Source: a virus
Strand: one strand, 5' to 3'
Virus record (IMG/VR): IMGVR_UViG_3300028048_000073
Location: 62,660 to 126,659 of that record
Length of the DNA stretch: 64,000 nucleotides
Shown: positions 19,086 to 28,003 of the stretch, piece by piece
Numbering within the stretch: the first letter of the stretch is position 1
Layout: every line of letters starts with the position of its first letter
The notes under the pieces: generated by a model
The model's database searches: none
What the model was told of the DNA's origin: nothing
What the model saw: the letters and a program-made list of their open reading frames with translations, nothing else
Translations under genes and position numbers: made by a program

Positions 19086-20389
19086 CAGTTTATTGTTATC
19101 ATAAAGGCTTTTTATCCTTTATTTCTTATAGTTTCCTATAAGCTCAGCATATCTTTTCGCTTAAAGCGCTGCGGCCTCGTGGTAGGATTATATCTTTTCA
19201 CCTACTATGCGTTGCCCCTGACTATAGTTTCTATAGCCTTCGGTTCGGATTAGCATATCATATGTTATATAACTTAGCCTTCCCGCTTAATTCCGCAGTT
19301 TAATCACGGCAATTCATAAAATTGCAGATAAAGTTGTCTTTTTCGGTCTAAACTGATAGTTGAAGAATCATAAAAATAATGAAGAATTTTACTTGTTTGT
19401 TGACGTCCAGATAGTTCTAACTTGTAAATAACACCGTGCTGATGAATATGATTAGTGGAAATATCTATAATATACCGACAAATATAATCTTGAACATATT
19501 TACAAATTTCATAACTGCCAACAATTCCCATTCCATATTGCGTTTGTCTTATATATCCATCACCATCTAATAGTCCTCGAATATATGCTTTTTCTAATTC
19601 GGGCGTTTTACAAATATATGGTTTTTCTTTTCCCGATTTTCGAGCAGTAACCCCCTTGTCTTTTAAATTTGCTACAATCTGCGTAGAGCATATATTCAAG
19701 CAAGAAACTGGATTATCTTTTGAATATGCTCCGCCAAAAGTCGATTTGATAACTTTGGGAATTTCTTCCGCAGGCATTTTAAGATACTGACAAAATTTAA
19801 TTAGATGTTCTTGATCTCGCGCTGCTAAATTAATATTTAACCTATTATTTTGGATAATACATCCATCAGCTGTAATAAAACCTAACCAATATGCATCGTC
19901 TTCGGTTAAAATATCTTTAAAGGCTTCTCTATTATAATGATACCTATTGGGGGTTTTTACCTGAGGATCAATTCCTAATACCTCTAATTGTCGAACTAAA
20001 CTTTCTTTACGAGAGGGCGCAGCAGGATATCTTTTTTTAAATTCTGGGTATCCGAGTTCTAGACATTCATTATAATGCTTTATTACCTCTAATTCGTTTG
20101 GTGTAAAATAGTATATATAATCAGGGAAAATTGGACTTTCAAATTTAAATTTTTTATATTCATTATTTTTTCTATATTTTGCTATTCCATGCCTATCTGC
20201 TCCAAACAATTCTCCCGCTTGGGTCATCGACATTTTTGGATTTTGCTCTAAAAAATTAATTGCTTCAACTATCGCTTTTTTAATTCGTTCCATAAAATTT
20301 TTCCTCCTTTTGATGTCATTATAACTTCAAAAACAGAAAAAATAAATTCGTTAAATCAGACCAAAAATTTTAATTTTTTACTTTTATTT
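19086..20389 (-). mobile_element. Group I intron carrying a LAGLIDADG homing endonuclease gene in the GyrA-like gene
   Basis: The exon junction is inferred as ...VRVYIHG | DSSAEGVIMRAAQ..., matching the GyrA consensus. The last intron base pairs as G. The 3' intron core is shared with the ATPase intron. Confidence 0.55.
19304..20293 (-). CDS. Intron-encoded LAGLIDADG homing endonuclease
   Basis: WLGFITADGCI and LLDGDGYIRQT motifs. Confidence 0.8.
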   Translation of the reverse strand: MERIKKAIVEAINFLEQNPKMSMTQAGELFGADRHGIAKYRKNNEYKKFKFESPIFPDYIYYFTPNELEVIKHYNECLELGYPEFKKRYPAAPSRKESLVRQLEVLGIDPQVKTPNRYHYNREAFKDILTEDDAYWLGFITADGCIIQNNRLNINLAARDQEHLIKFCQYLKMPAEEIPKVIKSTFGGAYSKDNPVSCLNICSTQIVANLKDKGVTARKSGKEKPYICKTPELEKAYIRGLLDGDGYIRQTQYGMGIVGSYEICKYVQDYICRYIIDISTNHIHQHGVIYKLELSGRQQTSKILHYFYDSSTISLDRKRQLYLQFYELP

Positions 20390-20614
20390 ACCGTGAATGT
20401 AGACCCTAACAGCAGACCCTATTGCTTTTAGCGTCTTTTTAAAGGGTTTCGTTGGTAGAAACTTATCAGTATATAAACAATAGAATATTTGCCGCGCTGA
20501 TGGTTTAATGCAATCTCTTACATCAACGAGCGCACGAGACTGGAGCACCGCCCCTGCATACTGTACAAAACTTTCTTCTATAATTTGTTTCATATCTTTT
20601 TTCTGTTCGCTCAT
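20390..20614 (-). CDS. Topoisomerase II large subunit (GyrA-like), 5' exon
   Basis: RALVDVRDCIKPSARQIFYCLY matches the GyrA N-terminus (RALPDVRDGLKPVQRR). Confidence 0.7.
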
Positions 20615-22575
20615 TCTCTCACCTCTTGGAAATCTATATTATCAAATATGTATTGTCGTCTGAACTCAACATCGTCACCCATTAGGTTCTCTAAAAGCTC
20701 AATAGCCTCTACCGATGGCTCTAAAACGTCCATCCTCTGAAATTCTGGCGTGAACATAGAACGATGAGCTTGGTCTGGACTTAAGCTACCCAGTCCTTTA
20801 TTCCGCTGTACTATTCCTGTAATCGTAGGTCTTGCGGCATCCATCTCCTGATCAGTGAAATAATAATCCTCTTTTCCGTTTTTGCTTACGATATACAATG
20901 GGGATCTTAGCCAACACAGCCTGCTTTCAAGAAGGAATGAAGGTGCCATATAATGCAGGACTGAGGCAACTAGTAACCCGATATGAAATCCGTCACTGTC
21001 CGAATCGGTACATATCGCGACCCGTCCATAACGAAGCTTTTTCGGATCATATTTTCCCGGTACAATATTAAGTGCTTTTAATAACAGTGTAATTTCATCG
21101 TTTGCAGCAATTCTTTCTTCGCTGTTGCTTAATGGATTAAGAATTTTGCCCCTCAAAGCTAATATACCATAATGAGTTACATCTCGTGCTTGAGCCATTG
21201 CCCCCGCGGCACTATCTCCTTCTACTAACAAGAGCGTACTGTCTTGCCCAAGTTTTTCGGCATCCTTCAATTTATCGCTATTAAATACTTTTTTAGAACT
21301 ATTCTTTTCTATCTCTCTTGCTGTTTCCATGACTTGCTGTCGAGCTTTATTTGCAGCATTTTCAGCTCTTTGCATTTTATTCAATGTATTTATAATCATA
21401 TCAAATTCAGGAGTACGAGCAAGTCTTTCCAATCCATCTTTAAATGCCTGTGATGCAAGAGTACGAAGATTTGGATTATTGATTTTTGATTTTGTCTGAT
21501 TTGCAAATGATGGTTCTTGCACCTTACAATTAATCGCAAAGATAAGACCTTTTCTGATAACTTCGGGGTCAAACTCTTTTTTACTTAGCTTTTTAACCTG
21601 TTGAGTTATACTTGTCTTTGCGCCAGTAAGCGGAGTTCCGCCCTCGGGACAATACAAACCATTTACAAAAACATAAGATTGTGAGGGGTCAGCTGACCAC
21701 ATAAATGCGATTTCCAATTCATCTGTTGTGTCCTTCGTTGAAGCAATAATTGGCTGCCGCATAATAGGGTGCTTAATCTTGTCCTTAATAAAATCTGCAA
21801 TACCATTTTTTGAATAATATTCTACAGACTCTCCTTGAGAATTATCTATAATGAAATGAACACCCTTATTCAAGTATGCAATATTCTTAATTTCTTCACA
21901 TACTTTTTCATAAGAAAATCCTTTTTCCATATTCTTAAAGACTTCTTTATCAGGCTTGAAAGTTACTACTGTACCTGACTTTCTTAGCTTTTCGCCATTT
22001 TCAGCTTCCCATTCTTTTCTACTTATTTCTGAATAATCTTTTAAAATTCCTTTTTCAAATTCAGCATGGGCAACCATATCCCCTCTGACACTTGTAACAG
22101 AAAATTTTTCTGAGGACATACAGACGGCAGTTCCTCCAATGCCGTTCAAACCTGAAGCATTTTTATATACGTCATTGTTAAATTTACCGCCTGTATGACT
22201 CTCCGTATAGATGGCAACTAAAACATTTCTTCCATCTTTCATACCAAATGGAACTCCGCGACCTTCATCCGCGATTGAGATAATGTTCCAGTCTTCTGCA
22301 ACTCGAATATAAATAGTGTCACCGTATCCCGCAAGAGCCTCATCAGTTGAGTTATTGACAATCTCTTTAAACGCTTGATAAATTCCATCATCATCATCGC
22401 TTCCGAGATACATCTGAATACGAGCGCGCATGGCATCATGAGTGTTTAAATGTTCGATATCATCAATACCATATTCTCTATATCCTTTATCTAATAGAGC
22501 GTTCTCTCTATTGACAATTTCGAATCGTCCCTCTCCCGCATTTGGATTGTAACAATTCTTATCTTTTAAGCTCAT
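20611..22575 (-). CDS. Topoisomerase II ATPase subunit (GyrB-like, T4 gp39-type)
   Basis: GHKL ATPase motifs (EIVNNSTDEA, IADEGRGVP) and a TOPRIM motif (LLLVEGDSAAG). The start is taken at the internal Met, which follows an AGGAGA ribosome-binding site. Confidence 0.85.
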   Translation of the reverse strand: MSLKDKNCYNPNAGEGRFEIVNRENALLDKGYREYGIDDIEHLNTHDAMRARIQMYLGSDDDDGIYQAFKEIVNNSTDEALAGYGDTIYIRVAEDWNIISIADEGRGVPFGMKDGRNVLVAIYTESHTGGKFNNDVYKNASGLNGIGGTAVCMSSEKFSVTSVRGDMVAHAEFEKGILKDYSEISRKEWEAENGEKLRKSGTVVTFKPDKEVFKNMEKGFSYEKVCEEIKNIAYLNKGVHFIIDNSQGESVEYYSKNGIADFIKDKIKHPIMRQPIIASTKDTTDELEIAFMWSADPSQSYVFVNGLYCPEGGTPLTGAKTSITQQVKKLSKKEFDPEVIRKGLIFAINCKVQEPSFANQTKSKINNPNLRTLASQAFKDGLERLARTPEFDMIINTLNKMQRAENAANKARQQVMETAREIEKNSSKKVFNSDKLKDAEKLGQDSTLLLVEGDSAAGAMAQARDVTHYGILALRGKILNPLSNSEERIAANDEITLLLKALNIVPGKYDPKKLRYGRVAICTDSDSDGFHIGLLVASVLHYMAPSFLLESRLCWLRSPLYIVSKNGKEDYYFTDQEMDAARPTITGIVQRNKGLGSLSPDQAHRSMFTPEFQRMDVLEPSVEAIELLENLMGDDVEFRRQYIFDNIDFQEVRE

Positions 22576-22589
22576 ACACTTTTCTCCTT

Positions 22590-22640
22590 TCTTATTTTCT
22601 ATATTAATTATATCATATTTTTTAAAAAAAAGCAAGCTAC
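22590..22640 (-). promoter_or_regulatory. Variant early promoter upstream of the topoisomerase genes
   Basis: AT-rich region with the ctatattaattatatcat motif. Confidence 0.3.
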
Positions 22641-22680
22641 AGCTTAATGTAGCTGTAGCTTGTAAAAAATATAAAATTAA

Positions 22681-23664
22681 TTATTTCTTTTTCATATAAG
22701 ATAAACTTACCCAACCATTTCTGCCAGTTTTATAGGCTTTAAGTAGTCCCCAACCAGATTTCTCCTCAACAATAGTATAAACTTCATTTTTACGGATTGT
22801 AGTTGCAATACCATAGTTAGTACCAGGCCCTTTGCGAACATTCAGCACATCTGCGGTAACAACAGCTGTGTAAGACTTAAATCCCGTGTTAGTAGTAGCT
22901 GTCGTTTTTGGCGTATAGACAAGTTTACCATTGTTATCATAGACTTTGTACCCCTTTGCCGCATTTTTATTTGCTTGATCTTTAGCACTTGCTAAATTTT
23001 TCCATGCACCAATTTGGGTTTTTGCGTCATTTGCGGACTTACGAACCCTATACACTATTTCTTTTGAAGTTGCTTGTTGTGCGGTAGAGGTACCTATTCC
23101 GCTAGTCAATCGAGCTTTAAAAGTATTCCATTTAGATGAGTCACTATTGCTTTCATTATTCCAACCTCTAATTCCGGGACATAACTTGCCAGTAACATCA
23201 TAATGACGAATAACATTAGAAGCAGGGATATTATAAGTTTGCATTAAATACTTTACTAATTCAACAGCCTTATTAACAACAGCATCTGTAAAATAGTAAT
23301 GTGTATCATTTGCCTGGGTCATCATACCAGTGTTATTTGTGGAACATATCTCAATACCTATGCTATTGAAGTTTGTACATTTCCCATAAAAACTAGCACC
23401 TTTATTGTAATTTTTACCATCTCCACAATGCCAACAAGAATAATTTCTTAAATCTGGATTAAATTGAACAATAGTAGAGTCATCAACAATGAAATCTGCG
23501 GAAGCATTGATACCATAGTTATTAAAGTATAATGCAGTATTCCTTGCACTTCCTGCGCGGCTTGTCGTTCCCGCCGTATAATGGATAACAATATATTTTA
23601 TTGTCCTATTGGGAGTACTGCTAACATTATTGTAACTTGTTTGTTTTACTATATTAATTGCCAT
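22681..23664 (-). CDS. Endolysin: N-acetylmuramoyl-L-alanine amidase (Amidase_2/PGRP fold) with a C-terminal SH3b cell-wall-binding domain
   Basis: YIVIHYTAG...HYDVTGKLCPG are zinc-amidase signatures. The C-terminal SH3b-like segment is VVTADVLNVRKGPGTNYGI...GWVSLSYM. The start is taken at MAINIV after an AGGAGA ribosome-binding site. Confidence 0.8.
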   Translation of the reverse strand: MAINIVKQTSYNNVSSTPNRTIKYIVIHYTAGTTSRAGSARNTALYFNNYGINASADFIVDDSTIVQFNPDLRNYSCWHCGDGKNYNKGASFYGKCTNFNSIGIEICSTNNTGMMTQANDTHYYFTDAVVNKAVELVKYLMQTYNIPASNVIRHYDVTGKLCPGIRGWNNESNSDSSKWNTFKARLTSGIGTSTAQQATSKEIVYRVRKSANDAKTQIGAWKNLASAKDQANKNAAKGYKVYDNNGKLVYTPKTTATTNTGFKSYTAVVTADVLNVRKGPGTNYGIATTIRKNEVYTIVEEKSGWGLLKAYKTGRNGWVSLSYMKKK

Positions 23665-23705
23665 AACTTTTTTCTCCTTTCTTATTATTCTATTAAATAT
23701 CAAAA

Positions 23706-23735
23706 AATAACAAGAATGATTAATCATTCTTGTTA
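23706..23735 (-). terminator. Intrinsic terminator hairpin followed by a U-tract, immediately upstream of the endolysin ribosome-binding site
   Basis: A perfect 12-bp inverted repeat, aacaagaatgat/taatcattcttgtt, followed on the minus strand by ATTTTTT. Confidence 0.6.
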
Positions 23736-24235
23736 TTTCCATCTTTTATTTTATTTGCCAATGCTTCAATAAATTTTTTTTGTTCTTCTGAATGCTGAGG
23801 ATTCTTTCTATTTTCATAGATTTTTTTAAGCAACTTCGTTCCTTCGTCTCTATGCTTTATTTCTTCTTGAAGTTCTGTATTTAATTCATCTATCCTATTT
23901 TGTACATTTTTAATTTCTTTACCAATAATATAAAGACGTTTACGTAATTTTTTTGCTTCAATACTTGAAGCATTATATTCTTTTGTTTGTTCAAGTATCT
24001 TTTGGAAATACAATAATTCTTTTTCTCTTAGTTGTAGGTCCTGTTTATGCTTTTTATATGCTTTAATGTTGGCTTTCATTTCTGCAAAATGGCAACCTAT
24101 ATATTCAGAAGCAAAATCTTTATCCTCTTGGTGGAGTCTAGATTTTGCCATAAAAACTCCATATTTATTTTTAATCCATACTTTACTAATTCCTGTTTCT
24201 TTATCATATTTTGCATATACTAAAAAGTTTTTCAT
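23720..24235 (-). CDS. hypothetical coiled-coil protein
   Basis: 171-aa ORF with a charged C-terminal half. Confidence 0.35.
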   Translation of the reverse strand: MKNFLVYAKYDKETGISKVWIKNKYGVFMAKSRLHQEDKDFASEYIGCHFAEMKANIKAYKKHKQDLQLREKELLYFQKILEQTKEYNASSIEAKKLRKRLYIIGKEIKNVQNRIDELNTELQEEIKHRDEGTKLLKKIYENRKNPQHSEEQKKFIEALANKIKDGNNKND

Positions 24236-24363
24236 TTACTCACTCCTTTCTATATAATATGTAATAGATATATGGCAATTATATATCAACTAATACCTTT
24301 TTCACTTAAATTATTTAAACCCTTTATTATAGTTTATCAAAAATTTTTATAAATGTCAAGTTT

Positions 24364-24921
24364 TTACTGCTTTGACATACTGCGATATTTTTCTTTTCCT
24401 TTTTTTATATCTTCAAAAACCTGCTCAATATTTACGGGAAAGCAGTTATGTGAATCTACACCTGCATGGTAACAATAAGGTATATTAGAAAAACTATCTT
24501 TCTGGTGAGTATGCCCATGAAGATTCCAAACATTGTCAAAGGTCATATTCCCAACAACTGTAGGATAATGGGTACAAAGAAAAGCTATTTTTTTATGTTT
24601 TAAGCGATAACCAAACTGAATTTCTGCTGTATTGGAAAGCTGCTTAATTGCTTCTATCTTTTTATCTCCATCGTGATTCCCAATAGCATAATGAATCTGC
24701 CCATTTAATCTGCTAACCATCTCAAGACTTTGTTCCTTATTGGTTCCAAGAAACACATCGCCAAGATTATATACGATATCATCTTTTTGAACAATGCTGT
24801 TCCACCTTTCTATGAGTGCTTCATTCATTTCTTGCACTGATTCAAACCCACGGGCTTTCCATATGAAATCTTTATCGTGATTAAAATGCTAATGAAGATC
24901 TGATGTAAACCAGATCGCCAT
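24364..24921 (-). CDS. Calcineurin-like metallophosphoesterase with an in-frame TAG at 24889-24891. It is either a pseudogene or translated by readthrough
   Basis: Reading upstream from the GTG at 24837 gives MAIWFTSDLH-TAG-HFNHDKDFIWKARGFESVQEMNEALIERWNSIV...GNHD...GHTH. All phosphoesterase motifs are present, with the DxH motif upstream of the stop. A ribosome-binding site precedes the ATG at 24921. Confidence 0.6.
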
Positions 24922-24934
24922 AAAATCATCTCCT

Positions 24935-25468
24935 TTATATTAATATTTTTAAATATGTCGTTTCATTTGCTTCATTGTGGTATAAGACGGCTCCCGCATC
25001 ATTAATTACATTAAATCCTTCTTCATTTGTAGGCATTGTAAAATTTTTCTGCATATTATAAATTGCAACATCAGGAACTCTTTCTCTTCCAATTCTTGTT
25101 TTATTCTGTTGAATGCATCTTGTAACGGGGGTTTTAAAGACAACAGCTTCTACAATAATGTTGTTTAGATTTAATTTTTTGAGAACTTTTGCTCTTGACT
25201 TTGCATTAATGTGGGTGGCATCTGCAATAACAATGTCAACATCGTCGTCATTCAAATAGTTCTGAATATTAGAAATGTAATTTTTAAAAACATCAGCTTC
25301 CTTTGAAAAATATCCTTCGCCTTCATCAACTAATGCAAAACGAATTACATCACGGGAAACTATCACGATATGGCGTCCCTGTCTTGTTTGGTCTTTTACA
25401 TACTCTCGTGCCCAAGTTGACTTGCCGCTGCCAGCTATTCCCACAAGCATTAGTAATCTCTTATTCAT
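24935..25468 (-). CDS. Polynucleotide 5'-kinase (T4 Pnk kinase-domain-like P-loop kinase)
   Basis: LLMLVGIAGSGKSTWAREYV matches the T4 Pnk N-terminus (ILTIGCPGSGKSTWAREF). Confidence 0.7.
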   Translation of the reverse strand: MNKRLLMLVGIAGSGKSTWAREYVKDQTRQGRHIVIVSRDVIRFALVDEGEGYFSKEADVFKNYISNIQNYLNDDDVDIVIADATHINAKSRAKVLKKLNLNNIIVEAVVFKTPVTRCIQQNKTRIGRERVPDVAIYNMQKNFTMPTNEEGFNVINDAGAVLYHNEANETTYLKILI

Positions 25469-25985
25469 TTATGATACCCCTTTTCTTTTTTAAATCACAA
25501 CAGAAAGTGTTATTTGCGTTCCAACACTTACCATTTTTATTATAGCGGCAGCTGATGTGTCCGCATCCAGTGAGCTGAGCTATCGGAACCCTTTGACCAT
25601 CTACAAATCTGCCAAGAATAAATTCTTCACAAAAATCTTCATAAGAGTAGCTACCAAAAGGACGAACCTCCGCATGATTAATTTCTTCCTTACAGTGGTA
25701 GCACCAAAGAGATTTGAGATGACCTGGTTCTCTGAATCTTCCGTTTCGTCTGGGGAGTGACATAGACCTGTTCCCGCATTTTGTGCAATAGAAATCACTA
25801 ATCTTAACATCGGCTTTTTTACTCAACTGCAACAACCTTCTTTCTTTACTTTCTATATATATTATATCATAAAAAATAAAAAAAATCAAGAAGTTATAAA
25901 AAACTTCTTGATAAAAGTTATTATTTAAATAAAATTTTCTCTTATTTTGCTTTTCTTTCATTTTGAAAAAACTCTTCCATGTCAA
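25461..25985 (-). CDS. Cys-rich zinc-finger protein, hypothetical
   Basis: CTKCGN...CYHCKEE...CGHISC motifs. Confidence 0.3.
   Translation of the reverse strand: MTWKSFFKMKEKQNKRKFYLNNNFYQEVFYNFLIFFIFYDIIYIESKERRLLQLSKKADVKISDFYCTKCGNRSMSLPRRNGRFREPGHLKSLWCYHCKEEINHAEVRPFGSYSYEDFCEEFILGRFVDGQRVPIAQLTGCGHISCRYNKNGKCWNANNTFCCDLKKKRGIINE
25847..25889 (-). promoter_or_regulatory. Conserved early promoter
   Basis: The reverse complement reads TTGATT-N17-TATAAT-ATATATAGAAAG. Confidence 0.55.
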
Positions 25986-26304
25986 ACCATCTATCCTCGA
26001 TTATATTACCGATTGTCGTAACGCGTGAACCCCAACCGTCAGATTTAATACGACAATACTTGCCTTTTAAATCCTCCCAATTTGTAACACCTACGACGTC
26101 CATTATCTTCATCATAGCAACTAAGCCCATGCCATTTTCAGACTTGAACTCTTTTGCTCCGAGATAGCCATGTCCTATACAATATCCGCCGATACTAACG
26201 CCTATGCCGCCGCCTTCGACTGTTATGTAAAAAGTTAAACAGCCGTGGTCAGCCATTGTCAATCTTACATCTGTTATTTTTACGTTGATAATCTCCATTT
26301 TCAT
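25942..26304 (-). CDS. hypothetical protein
   Basis: 120-aa ORF. Confidence 0.3.
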   Translation of the reverse strand: MKMEIINVKITDVRLTMADHGCLTFYITVEGGGIGVSIGGYCIGHGYLGAKEFKSENGMGLVAMMKIMDVVGVTNWEDLKGKYCRIKSDGWGSRVTTIGNIIEDRWFDMEEFFQNERKAK

Positions 26305-26609
26305 TCTCCTTTCATCTTTACTCCGCAGTTTGGACAGAATTTCATTTCTTCTTCATCGTAATAAAAATCACCTGAAAACAAATCATCTAGGCTTTTGCCA
26401 CATTCTGTGCATCTGCCGTGCTCCCATTTCCCGTGTTTCTGCTGATTTGCACGAATATAATCAATCGCCTCTTGCAAATGTCGTTCGCTGTTTTCGATAT
26501 CTCGATCTTGCACTTCTTTCGATTTGTCAAACCATAATTCTCTCCCCGCTCGTTGGTTGAAAAATAAGATTCGCTCCAAACGATCAATGATTGTTTCTTC
26601 TTCACTCAT
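26301..26609 (-). CDS. zinc-ribbon protein, hypothetical
   Basis: CTECGK...CPNCG. The start is taken at MSEEETI, which gives an ATGA overlap with the upstream gene. Confidence 0.35.
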   Translation of the reverse strand: MSEEETIIDRLERILFFNQRAGRELWFDKSKEVQDRDIENSERHLQEAIDYIRANQQKHGKWEHGRCTECGKSLDDLFSGDFYYDEEEMKFCPNCGVKMKGE

Positions 26610-26962
26610 GTTTCTTCTCCCTCCATCTTTGCGCCGCAGTGAGGGCAATATTCCGCATCGCACCCCTCCACATCCATACTTGTATGTATGCGCTGACAGA
26701 CCGAGCACTCATACATATCACACCTATAGGGTATCCACCGCCCCGTTTTCGGCTCTATTTCCGGCTGTGCGGATGGCAGATTAACAAGTGTTGCTATTGC
26801 CGTGTCCAACTCGTCTACTCTGATTTTTTCTGCATAAAACAATATTGAGAATGTATCTGGAGTGTTATCGCAATACAACGCCCTGTGTTCTTTCAACTTA
26901 TCAATCGCCGCTTGTCTGCTGATTAAATCGTCATTCATTCCGTTTCGCTCCTTTCGCAGCAC
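26606..26962 (-). CDS. zinc-ribbon protein, hypothetical
   Basis: CSVCQ...CPHCG. Local GC content is elevated. Confidence 0.35.
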   Translation of the reverse strand: MLRKERNGMNDDLISRQAAIDKLKEHRALYCDNTPDTFSILFYAEKIRVDELDTAIATLVNLPSAQPEIEPKTGRWIPYRCDMYECSVCQRIHTSMDVEGCDAEYCPHCGAKMEGEET

Positions 26963-27180
26963 TCACAACTGCAAGCGCAATCTTGAATGTAATCTTCCGG
27001 TTTTGATGCAAAGTATGAACATAACACTACCGCACCCACAACCAGATAGATCGCCGTTATCCCAATTATCCCAACCATCAACGCCGTCTGATTATCTACC
27101 TCTTTGTCGTACCAAGTTCTAAGCACCATTGTCACGCAAACAATCGTTAATACAATGCCAATCGCAACTGCTAAAATCAC
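26935..27180 (-). CDS. small membrane protein, hypothetical
   Basis: Two hydrophobic helices and a C-terminal Cys cluster. Confidence 0.3.
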   Translation of the reverse strand: MILAVAIGIVLTIVCVTMVLRTWYDKEVDNQTALMVGIIGITAIYLVVGAVVLCSYFASKPEDYIQDCACSCECCERSETE

Positions 27181-27295
27181 TTTACAAACCTCTCTTTCGC
27201 TCTCTCACGCCGCTTACGCCGTTTTTATCGCTTGAAAGTAAATTTATACCCCTAAAATTTAAAGCGATTTAAACGGCATTTGCGGCGATTTTAGA

Positions 27296-28003
27296 CTATT
27301 TTTTCTCTTTCAACTTACGGATGATCTCACCGCCGTAAGCGTTCTCAGTGAGCTTGATAAACTCGTCAACTGTCATTTCACCATTCTCAAGGTCGATTTC
27401 GTGCTCTCTTGCAAATTCTCTCCGCCCCATCTCACACGAGCCTGTCAGACGATTGTGCCACTCGAAGAAATCACTAACGGGATAACAGTCTGTTCGATTA
27501 TGATACTCCCAGAATGCAGTTACCCTATCCTCTACGGGCATATAGTTCATCGCTTTAGTAAATGCAGCCTCCCGTGCTTTTCTAAGTGTCCTGCCATGCG
27601 CAAAATAATTATCATATTTTACAATGTAGCAAGGTGTAAGAGTTAGATCTGAACGTAAAATAAATCCTTTAGCGCAATTGCCATGCAGCCTCTTAATGAT
27701 CGTTTGTACGCCATCTATCTCATAAATTTCATTACCACAAAAGTTCTTTATCCCATCGCCATCCCCGCAACCGGAGCCATCGTCGTAATGGTAATTATAA
27801 TCGTAGGCGTTATCATTGTAAACGCCACCGGAACCGCTAATGCCCCCATCACCGATACCATCCCCGTTACCGTAGCCGTAACCATGGCTAGAGCTGTAAT
27901 TACTGTCATTACCATCCCCGCAACCACAGCCAGAGCTGTAACTACCATCGTTACACTTGCCGTAATCAACAGTTGACGCCAAGTATGTATTTATATCTTC
28001 CAC
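27296..28003 (-). CDS. Protein with a Gly/Asp/Tyr-rich low-complexity N-terminus and a globular C-terminal domain, hypothetical
   Basis: GYGYGNGDGIGDGGISGSGG repeats. GC-rich. Confidence 0.35.
   Translation of the reverse strand: MEDINTYLASTVDYGKCNDGSYSSGCGCGDGNDSNYSSSHGYGYGNGDGIGDGGISGSGGVYNDNAYDYNYHYDDGSGCGDGDGIKNFCGNEIYEIDGVQTIIKRLHGNCAKGFILRSDLTLTPCYIVKYDNYFAHGRTLRKAREAAFTKAMNYMPVEDRVTAFWEYHNRTDCYPVSDFFEWHNRLTGSCEMGRREFAREHEIDLENGEMTVDEFIKLTENAYGGEIIRKLKEKK

Noticed and set aside
20611-22635. Extended N-terminus (MLFFKKYDIINIENKKGEKC) of the GyrB-like ORF
   Set aside because: The extension overlaps the promoter-like AT-rich region. A good AGGAGA ribosome-binding site precedes the internal Met at 22575, which was taken as the start
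27683-27976. Overlapping plus and minus ORFs encoding Thr/Val/Ala-rich peptides
   Set aside because: They are generated by the GGN and GAY repeats of the Gly-rich gene at 27296-28003 read in other frames
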